Shown piece after piece: positions 1 to 6,752 of a stretch of 64,000 nucleotides of DNA; position 1 is the first letter of the stretch; every line of letters starts with the position of its first letter. The translations under genes and the position numbers were made by a program. The notes under the pieces are model-generated. The model worked only from the letters and a program-made list of their open reading frames with translations, made no database searches and was not told the origin of the DNA. Origin of the DNA: Elusimicrobiota bacterium (GTDB lineage: Bacteria; Elusimicrobiota; Elusimicrobia; Elusimicrobiales; UBA9959); NCBI GenBank assembly GCA_016234365.1, contig JACRER010000017.1, positions 8,052 through 72,051 of the forward strand, read 5' to 3'.

Positions 1-1060
1 GGCGCCCCAGTTTTTCGGCGCCGCGCAGGCTCTTTTCAAGGCGGGAGCGCAGGCCGCTCTCTATCTCGTAGATCTTTTCCGGTTCGGCCTGCTTCAGCCC
101 CAGCATCTGGGCGCTGACGGCCTGTTTCTTGGCCGGCGAGAGCGCCAGCAGTATCTTGGAGGAAATGTGCGGTTTGCGGTCGGCCAGGTTGGCGATGATT
201 ATGGCGGCGTCCTCTTCGGGCGTCTCGGAGAGGAGTTCGGCGGCCTCGGCCGGGGGCAGTTTCTCCAGGAATTCGAAGGCCGAGCCGGCTTCCAGCATGG
301 CGCCGCCGGATGCGGCGCGGGCTTCCACGTCTATTATGTCGCCCATGCCGTCTTCCTCTGCGCCGCCCGCTCCTCCGCCGAAACCGCCGGCGCCGCCGGG
401 GCCGAGCGCGGGCGACGGGGCGTTGAGGCGGGCGTAATCCACAAAGCCGGATACCAGGCGCGAGGCCAGGATATAGCCGAGCACCAGCAGCGCGGCCAGG
501 GCCAGCGCGCCAAAGGCGGAGGCTATGAGCGCCGGGCGTATCTCCGGGGCTTCCAGGGCGCTGCGCCACCAGGGCTGCATTTCGGAGCGGGCTACGATTA
601 TGCTGTCGCCGCGGGACTCGGTGAGCCTGAGCACGTCGGAGATCATCAGTTTTATGGCGTTAACGCGGGTCTCCGGCACGGTATTGTCGAAAACGAGCGA
701 GACGCTGAGCTTCTTGACGCGGAATTCGCTGGTGCGCTGGGTCTCTTCGCGCTTCTGCTTTAGATACTCGCCGGTTTTTTCCAGGATGTTCACCGCGGCG
801 TAGCCGGGCAGCGTCAGGGTGTCTTCGGAAGGGGCGCCGGACTCCAGCTTGCTCTTGAGGACCATCTCCCCCTCTACCGTCACAAAGGAGCGGGCGCGGC
901 CGCGGCCGACGAGCTGTTCGAGGAGCCGGGAGACGTCTTCCTGCATGCGGGAGCCGAGTACGGCGGCCTGCGCGCTGGGCGAAGGCTCGGGGGCTTCCTG
1001 CGCTATGGCGGCTGCGCCACAAATAAGTATGGACGCGAAAAGGGTGATGAGTTTGTTCAT
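1..1060 (-). CDS. Partial CDS (3' end beyond the left edge). Membrane protein with a signal/lipoprotein-like N-terminus, a FliF/SctJ(YscJ)-like periplasmic ring-building region, one TM helix, a Gly-rich linker and an MgtE_N/FliG-like helical cytoplasmic domain.
   Basis: Not in the ORF track, because there is no stop codon inside the window. I checked every plus-strand triplet in this frame from 1 to 1060 and found no tta/cta/tca, so the frame is open. ATG at 1060-1058. The hand translation starts MNKLITLFASILICGAAAIAQEAPEP. It continues ...RTSEFRVKKLSVSLVFDNT...ESRGDSIIVARSEM, then the TM segment ALIASAFGALALAALLVLGYIL, then ...FLEKLPPAEAAELLSETPEEDAAIIIANLADRKPHISSKILLALSPAKKQAV. Third codon positions are GC-rich, as in neighbouring genes. 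Confidence 0.6.
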   Translation of the reverse strand, partial: MNKLITLFASILICGAAAIAQEAPEPSPSAQAAVLGSRMQEDVSRLLEQLVGRGRARSFVTVEGEMVLKSKLESGAPSEDTLTLPGYAAVNILEKTGEYLKQKREETQRTSEFRVKKLSVSLVFDNTVPETRVNAIKLMISDVLRLTESRGDSIIVARSEMQPWWRSALEAPEIRPALIASAFGALALAALLVLGYILASRLVSGFVDYARLNAPSPALGPGGAGGFGGGAGGAEEDGMGDIIDVEARAASGGAMLEAGSAFEFLEKLPPAEAAELLSETPEEDAAIIIANLADRKPHISSKILLALSPAKKQAVSAQMLGLKQAEPEKIYEIESGLRSRLEKSLRGAEKLGR

Positions 1061-1109
1061 ATCGCTACTATATTCTATATGAGGCAGGTTACAAAGTTAT
1101 TGCGGGGTC

Positions 1110-1239
1110 GGGCCAGCCGGGGGGCTATTCCGCTCGCCAGGACTGCAGGGAACCGTTGCGCGGTTCCCCCCGCCCTTGGGAAATTGTGGGCGGGGCCCCC
1201 CTCCCCAACTGGCGCTCGGAATAGTCCCCCGGCTGGCCC
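1110..1239. repeat. 130-nt structured intergenic element: a 23-bp closing inverted repeat enclosing two GC hairpins and C/G homopolymer runs.
   Basis: 1110-1132 (GGGCCAGCCGGGGGGCTATTCCG) pairs with 1217-1239 (CGGAATAGTCCCCCGGCTGGCCC): 22 Watson-Crick pairs plus 1 G:T. Inner hairpins: 1148-1155/1161-1168 (GGGAACCG/CGGTTCCC) and 1169-1175/1188-1194 (CCCGCCC/GGGCGGG). It lies between the kinase stop (1284) and the next gene start (1060). Confidence 0.7.
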
Positions 1240-1283
1240 TCCGCTTCATGTACGCCAAAGGCAGGCCCATACCCTCTGCCTGC

Positions 1284-2597
1284 CTAAACCGGGAGCTCGA
1301 ACCAGAAGAGGGCGCCGCCGCTAGCTGCGGGGCCGCAGCCGATGCGGCCTTTGTGCAGTTCCACGATGGCTTTGGACAGCGCCAGGCCGAGCCCCGTGCC
1401 GCCGTGCCCCGGGGCGGCCGAGCCCTGGGAATACGGCGTGAACAGCTTTTCGGCCTCGCCCGGTTTAAGGCCGGGGCCGGTATCCTCCACCTCCACGCGG
1501 AACGTCCCGCCGGAGACCCGGGCGTGTACCGTCACCTTCCCTCCCGCCGGAGTGAACTTGATGGCGTTGGAGATAAGGTTCGTCAGCGCATGCATGACCA
1601 GTTCGCGGTCCAGCAGCGCCTCGGCCGGCCCAGGCGGAGTTTGGGCCTCCAGCTCGATATGTTTTTCAACGGACTTGGGCCGCAGGAAGTCCGCCGCGTC
1701 GCGCACCAGCGCCAGCGGGTCCTCGCGGGCGGGGCGCAGGTCCATCTTGCCGCGCTCTATCTTGGCCAGGTCCAGCATGGCGGTGACAAAATTGGCCAGC
1801 CGCCCGGCGTTCTCCCTTATCCGTGTGAAAACCGAGATGTCGTCGGGAGTAAAGCGGTCCCCCTCTTTTATCAGCATGGAGGCGTAGGTCTCTATGACGC
1901 CCAGAGGCGAGCGGAGTTCGTGCGTGACCGAGGCGGTGAAATTCTTTTTCATCGTCTCGAGCTCCAGCAGGTGTTCGGACATGGAGTTGAACGCCGCCGC
2001 CAGTTCCGCTACTTCGTCGGAACCGGCGTCGTCCGTCTTTGTCCCGAATTTGCCTTCCCCTACGGCCGCAGCTTCCGCGGCCAGGCGGCGAAGGCGCCGC
2101 GTCAGGCGGCGGGCCAACCCCAGCGCCAGCAGCGCCGCCACCCCGGTGGCGGCAAGGAAAGCCGCCGTCAGGTCGCGCCAGATACCGGCCAGCGCCTGCC
2201 GCCGTTCACCGGAAAGGGCTTCCTGCGAATACTGCAGCTGCGCGGAGAATCTTTTGCCCTTGAGTTCCCTGAAGGCCGGCGGGGCCGCCCCGCCGGAGAG
2301 GCGCTTGCCGTGGACCTTTACCGGCTGCATGCCCCGGCCGATGTCCAGCCGGCAGGAATTTATTTCAGGCCGGGAATTGCACAGGCCGGTGAGATAGTCC
2401 ACCGCCATCAGCGGGTCGCTGGCCAGCTCGGCTTCCCCCAGCATGGCGGTTACCGACTGCTCCAGCGCCTGCAGCCGGGCTTCCTGGGCCTGTATGATGG
2501 TACGTTTCTGGAAGCTGAAGAAGATGCCGCTCAGCAACAAAGCCGCGGCCATGGCCGCGGCCATGAGGGCCGCGCTGAATTTGTAGAAAAGGTTCAT
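1284..2597 (-). CDS. Sensor histidine kinase (two TM helices, periplasmic loop, HAMP, HisKA, HATPase_c).
   Basis: H-box SVTHELRSPLGVIE. N/G boxes NLISNAIKFTP, EDTGPGL and GTGLGLALSKAIVELHKG. HAMP-like segment after the second TM helix. No response regulator in the window. Confidence 0.93.
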   Translation of the reverse strand: MNLFYKFSAALMAAAMAAALLLSGIFFSFQKRTIIQAQEARLQALEQSVTAMLGEAELASDPLMAVDYLTGLCNSRPEINSCRLDIGRGMQPVKVHGKRLSGGAAPPAFRELKGKRFSAQLQYSQEALSGERRQALAGIWRDLTAAFLAATGVAALLALGLARRLTRRLRRLAAEAAAVGEGKFGTKTDDAGSDEVAELAAAFNSMSEHLLELETMKKNFTASVTHELRSPLGVIETYASMLIKEGDRFTPDDISVFTRIRENAGRLANFVTAMLDLAKIERGKMDLRPAREDPLALVRDAADFLRPKSVEKHIELEAQTPPGPAEALLDRELVMHALTNLISNAIKFTPAGGKVTVHARVSGGTFRVEVEDTGPGLKPGEAEKLFTPYSQGSAAPGHGGTGLGLALSKAIVELHKGRIGCGPAASGGALFWFELPV

Positions 2598-2626
2598 ACC
2601 GGCCGTTGTCGCCCGCCCCTCCCGGT

Positions 2627-4597
2627 TTACCGCGACAGCCTGATGATGCGTTCCAGCGCCTTCTTGGCCTGGCTGTTCTGCGGGTCCAGCGTAAGTATCT
2701 TGCGGAAGGAGTCCGCCGCCTTGCCGTACTCGCCCTTGGCGTAGTAGTCCGCGCCCTGCTGATAGAGCTTTTCTATCTCGCGGGCGTCCTTTTCGGCCTT
2801 GGTCTCCTCTTTTTCTTCCACGCCGGGGATGGCCGCGCCGTTGACCGGCGGCTGCCAGGTGGAAGCCTTACCCTGCTTCAGGCGGGCCTCGTCTATCATC
2901 TTGCCCAGCTTGGCCTTCTCCAGGGGGTCGCTCTCCAGTTTTGAGGCGCGCTCCCAGTCATAGGCGGCGCGCGCGTAGCTGCCCAGCATGTAGTTGCAGG
3001 AGCCGCTCTTCTTGAGGCCCAGCAGTTCGGTGGGCTCCAGCTCCAGCATTTCGTCGAGCTTGCGCAGCGCCTCGGAATAGCGTTTCTTGGTATAGAGGTC
3101 GTCGGATTCGGTCAGCTTGAACTCGGCCCAGCCGCGGCTGAAATCGGCCGGTACGCGGTCGGGCGTGACCCGGGTGATCTCGCCTACGCGGTCGAGAAAG
3201 CCCGAGAGCGCGGAATCCTGCTGGTTGAGGCTCTGCGCGTAAGCCAGCTGCTTCATGGCGCGCAGGTCCGAGCCGTTGAGGAAGTCGCGCACGCCGCCGC
3301 TGAGCAGCTGCTCCCAGCGGTTCTTCTGGCGGCCCTCGACGGCCAGGGACGGCCAGAAGGCCGCTACCGTGGAGAGGCGTTTGGTCAGCCCGACCACCGT
3401 GGCGTCGGGCAGCAGTTCGTTGGCGCGCTCCAGGAGCAGTTTGTTGGCCGCGTAGAAGTTCTCAACCTTTATCAGTTCCTTGATGTCGGCCAGGCGCGGG
3501 TCGTTGAGGCTGGCGGTCTCGCGCGGGCTCTTGTAGTCTTTGGCGTCCTGGAGGCGCTTGTACTGTTCAAGGAGCTCGGCCTCGGCTATCTCGGTCTTCG
3601 TGGCCGAGCCAAAATGGTAGGTAAGCGCGACCTTGTGGTTGCCGGCCGTTTCTTTTACGGTGCCGATGGGCAGCGAGAAGCCGTAGTCGAGCTGGATCTT
3701 CTGGATCTTGTAGGAGAGGCCGGCGGTGGCCTGCTTGAATTCCCGGTCCCCGGCGCCCAGCGAGGCCCGCACGCCTACGTCGCCTTTGTCCAGGCTCGGG
3801 AATGTTTTTTCCGCCGCGAAAATGAACTGTTTATCCGACTTGCCGTCGGGGCCTTTCTGCAGGCGCGCCTCGCCCGAGAGTACCAGCCAGAGGGCTTTGT
3901 AGGAGGCGCCAAGGCGCGTCTTCATGGGGACCTTGTCCTTGTCGCCGCTGCTGAACGCCACATTGGCCTGCATGGCGTTGAGGATGGCCAGGCCGAAGGT
4001 CCAGCGTTTGGTGAAACGGTAGAGGGCGCCCAGGTCCGCGTCCAGGGCCGCGCGTGAGTTGGCGCCGGCCAGCACGGGGTCCGTATTGCCGTTCTGCATC
4101 AGGTTGTTCTCTACGGAGTTGTAGGTCTCGTCCAGGCGCATAAAGCCGTGCGTCAGATACTTCAGCGAACCGCCCACGGAGAATTTTTCATACCGCGAGC
4201 GCGGCTCGAAGCGGTAGCCCCAGCCCACCTGCGCCGTTTTCTCGTAATAGACCCCGGAGAGAGAGAACTGCTGGTAGAGCCCCGAGAGGGTGCCGCCGCG
4301 CCCGTTCGACAAGGGCGCCGCGAAGGCGGCGGCGCTGAGGCCCAGGTTGGAGCCGTCGCTGAGGCCGCTGTAGAATATCGCGTGGGAGGCCATGGCCTTG
4401 GGGCGTTCCACGTTGGAGAGGCCCGCGGGGTTGTAATAGGCGGAAGAGATATCGTCGGCGACGGCGGTAAAGGCGTCGCCCATGCCGGGCCCCCTGGCCC
4501 CGAAGCCGAGGTCCTCGAAAGCCGCCCGCGCGGGCGCCGCCGCCAGCAGCAGGGTTGCGGCGGCAAGGGTTTTGCGGGTCCGGGCGTAGGCGTTCAT
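2627..4597 (-). CDS. Outer-membrane beta-barrel (PorV/PorP/FadL-like) fused to a C-terminal TPR-rich domain of about 320 aa.
   Basis: Signal peptide ...LLLAAAPARA. N-terminal motif GMGDAFTAVADDISSAYYNPAGL, typical of PorV/PorQ/PorP-type barrels. Alternating beta-strand pattern ending ...NHKVALTYHFG. The rest is helical TPR-like repeats (YQQGADYYAKGEYGKAADSFRKILTLDPQN). Confidence 0.75.
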   Translation of the reverse strand: MNAYARTRKTLAAATLLLAAAPARAAFEDLGFGARGPGMGDAFTAVADDISSAYYNPAGLSNVERPKAMASHAIFYSGLSDGSNLGLSAAAFAAPLSNGRGGTLSGLYQQFSLSGVYYEKTAQVGWGYRFEPRSRYEKFSVGGSLKYLTHGFMRLDETYNSVENNLMQNGNTDPVLAGANSRAALDADLGALYRFTKRWTFGLAILNAMQANVAFSSGDKDKVPMKTRLGASYKALWLVLSGEARLQKGPDGKSDKQFIFAAEKTFPSLDKGDVGVRASLGAGDREFKQATAGLSYKIQKIQLDYGFSLPIGTVKETAGNHKVALTYHFGSATKTEIAEAELLEQYKRLQDAKDYKSPRETASLNDPRLADIKELIKVENFYAANKLLLERANELLPDATVVGLTKRLSTVAAFWPSLAVEGRQKNRWEQLLSGGVRDFLNGSDLRAMKQLAYAQSLNQQDSALSGFLDRVGEITRVTPDRVPADFSRGWAEFKLTESDDLYTKKRYSEALRKLDEMLELEPTELLGLKKSGSCNYMLGSYARAAYDWERASKLESDPLEKAKLGKMIDEARLKQGKASTWQPPVNGAAIPGVEEKEETKAEKDAREIEKLYQQGADYYAKGEYGKAADSFRKILTLDPQNSQAKKALERIIRLSR

Positions 4598-4599
4598 AA

Positions 4600-4998
4600 T
4601 TATCTTATTACTGTAATCGTTCCCTTATAGACCTTGGTCTCAACGCGTACCTGGTAGAGGTACACGCCCCCGGCCGCGCGTCCGCCGGAATTGGGGTTCC
4701 ACTCGAGATCGTAATAAGCCCCGGATACGTTATCCGTTACCGGCGGCGCCCCGTTGGAGCGCTGCTTAAGGCGCATATTGGAGACCTCGCGGCCGGAGAC
4801 GTCGAAGATCTTTGCTTCTATGGCCGCGTCGCGAGGGTTATAGCAGCGGAAGATGAAAATGTCGTTGCGCCCGTCACCGTTGGGCGTGACCATGCGCGTC
4901 ATGGCCACGGACTGGCCCAGCGCCGACGGGGATGACGCGGCCCTGATCGGCGCCAGGAGCGCCGCGGCCGCCAGCAAAATGGCAAATGCCCGGTTCAT
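4600..4998 (-). CDS. Small secreted protein consisting essentially of a CHU_C / gliding-motility-associated (T9SS type-B-like) C-terminal domain.
   Basis: Start trimmed from TTG 5022 to ATG 4998, giving signal peptide MNRAFAILLAAAALLAPIRAAS. Motifs VTPNGDGRNDIF ... EWNPNSGG ... GGVYLYQVRVETKVYKGTITVIR match the TPNGDGxND / WDG / GxYxY / LiR pattern I recall for PF13585/TIGR04131. Confidence 0.75.
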   Translation of the reverse strand: MNRAFAILLAAAALLAPIRAASSPSALGQSVAMTRMVTPNGDGRNDIFIFRCYNPRDAAIEAKIFDVSGREVSNMRLKQRSNGAPPVTDNVSGAYYDLEWNPNSGGRAAGGVYLYQVRVETKVYKGTITVIR

Positions 4999-5066
4999 AT
5001 ACAGGGTAATTCTACTTTTCAATTGTGACTATTTTATTGCGTAAATGTGGATTTTACGGCGGGAAA

Positions 5067-6737
5067 ATGCAACCTGTCCGTAATAATTCTGTCGCACGCC
5101 GCGGTTATAATTATATCGTGACCATAAAGAGCGAAGCGCGGTGCCTTTTACTGCTCGCGGCGGCCCTGTTGCCCGCGGCGCCGCTTTTTGCCGCCCGGAT
5201 GGAGTCCGCCAGTTTCCGGGACGCCAACGGCATCTACGGCTTCGGCGGAGCTTCCTCCCTCTCCTCCAACTTCGCGCAGAACGGCAACGTGCAGGAACTG
5301 GCCGTCTCCACTCAGACCTCCGCCAGCTTTTCTCACCGGACGGCCAAACTCGCTTTTTTCCCCCAGCCCGCTCCGGTCGGGGACATGCAGGTGGTGGCGG
5401 TATCGAGCCACTCCATAAAGGTGACCTGGAAGGCCCCCGCGGCGGACGTTTCGCGCGGCGCGGGCGCCGCGGAATTTTACATCCTGCGCTACACCACCGC
5501 CGGCTTCCTCTCTTCCGACGGGGCGTTTTACGCCGCCTCCACTTACCCCCAAGACTGGACCCCGCTTGCCGCAGGTTCCGAGGAGACGCAGATAATAGAG
5601 GGCTTTAACCCCGGCACCACCTACTACTTCAACCTTCAATCCATGAACCTGCACCGCCTCTACTCGGAGCTTTCCAACCCGGCCGCGGCTTTCGCGCTGG
5701 TGCCGCTCCCCCCCATGAATTTTAAGATAGTCCGCGCCCCGGGAGCCGCCACCATGACCTGGATCCCGCCGGCCGGCTACCAGAACCGCATCGCTTTCAA
5801 CGACCGCTTCGCCCCCTCCTACCCGTATGAGGTCAAGACCTACCAGGTCTACCGCGCCACGGCCCCTGCCGACGCCGAGTGGCAGTTCATCGCCGAAGTC
5901 TCCTCCAGCGTCTTCACCTGGACCGACAGCGTCGCCGACGACGAGAATTATTACTACCACGCCCGCGCGGTGAACCAGGCAGGTATTTCGCTGCCCTCCT
6001 ACGCCCGCAACAGCCTCTCCGGCGACCTCTACTTCCTGGCTCCTGACAACCAGAGCATCCTCCAGGTGCCGGCCGACGGCATCGGCGATTTCTTCTCGGA
6101 GACGGCGGACCCGATGGATTCCTACAACGTGGAGATCACCACTTACCCCGAGGACCTGGCCGGGCGCGTGGTGAAATCCGTAGGCTTCCGCGCCTACAAG
6201 GGCGGGCTCCAGGCCGACGACAGCTTCCGCCTTACCAAGAACGGCGTGCTCAAACTCTTCTACCGCAAGTCGGGGTCGCAGATACTCCCCTCCGCGCAGA
6301 CCGACTCCAAGGCGGTCAGCATGTACTTCCATAACGGGTCGCGCTGGCTGCAGATGTACGGCCGCGTGAACGACTCGGAACGCAGCGTGCAGCTGGAGAC
6401 CACCCTGCTGGGCCGCTACCAGCTGCGCACCACCGAGCGCAGCGGCGGCTTTGCGGCCGATCGCGCCGGCCTTACCAACAGGCTGATAACCCCGAACGGG
6501 GATAACAAAAATGATACGATGGTCTTTATTTTCGACAATCCGCAGGATAAGGACGTGAAGGGCAAGATCTACGACCTGCGCGGAGCGCTGGTAGCGCAGA
6601 TGGTTGCGGGCCCCGTAGGCAACTCGCTGCTGTGGGACGCCAAGTCCGGCGGGCAGGTGGTGCCGGGCGGCGTCTATATCTACCAGATCGAGGCGCAGGG
6701 TACGGTTTATAACGGCACCGTGGCGGTGATCCGCTAG
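5067..6737 (+). CDS. Secreted protein with two fibronectin type III domains, a central beta-rich region and a CHU_C / T9SS type-B-like C-terminal domain.
   Basis: The track ORF starts at GTG 5025 inside an AT-rich divergent spacer. ATG 5067 or GTG 5118 is more plausible; the latter gives MTIKSEARCLLLLAAALLPAAPLFAA. FN3-like segment SIKVTWKAPAAD...YILRYTT...PGTTYYFNLQS. C-terminus LITPNGDNKNDTMVFIF...LLWDAKSGGQVVPGGVYIYQIEAQGTVYNGTVAVIR. Confidence 0.8.
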   Translation: MQPVRNNSVARRGYNYIVTIKSEARCLLLLAAALLPAAPLFAARMESASFRDANGIYGFGGASSLSSNFAQNGNVQELAVSTQTSASFSHRTAKLAFFPQPAPVGDMQVVAVSSHSIKVTWKAPAADVSRGAGAAEFYILRYTTAGFLSSDGAFYAASTYPQDWTPLAAGSEETQIIEGFNPGTTYYFNLQSMNLHRLYSELSNPAAAFALVPLPPMNFKIVRAPGAATMTWIPPAGYQNRIAFNDRFAPSYPYEVKTYQVYRATAPADAEWQFIAEVSSSVFTWTDSVADDENYYYHARAVNQAGISLPSYARNSLSGDLYFLAPDNQSILQVPADGIGDFFSETADPMDSYNVEITTYPEDLAGRVVKSVGFRAYKGGLQADDSFRLTKNGVLKLFYRKSGSQILPSAQTDSKAVSMYFHNGSRWLQMYGRVNDSERSVQLETTLLGRYQLRTTERSGGFAADRAGLTNRLITPNGDNKNDTMVFIFDNPQDKDVKGKIYDLRGALVAQMVAGPVGNSLLWDAKSGGQVVPGGVYIYQIEAQGTVYNGTVAVIR

Positions 6738-6752
6738 TTTTCCGGAGGAACT

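Noticed and set aside
36-763. Track ORFs 36-569(-), 129-437(+), 167-763(+), 525-803(+), 660-1022(-) and 819-1082(+) at the left edge.
   Set aside because: All are alternative frames of the untracked minus-strand gene at 1-1060, whose translation is the only protein-like one (signal peptide, TM helix, helical repeats). The listed ORFs are Arg/Pro/Gly-rich.
1176-2744. 522-aa plus-strand ORF overlapping the histidine kinase. Similar long antisense ORFs: 14161-15534, 17406-19181, 21234-23255, 23246-24832, 25015-26013, 35396-37381, 37809-39692, 39743-41338, 42243-43898, 47825-49843, 52808-53974 and 60433-61569.
   Set aside because: Each lies opposite a gene with unmistakable family motifs (kinase, nuo subunits, SpoIID, tig/clpP, lon, DUF885, ackA and others). 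Each translates to Arg/Gly/His/Gln-rich sequence without recognisable domains. These are GC-bias artefacts.
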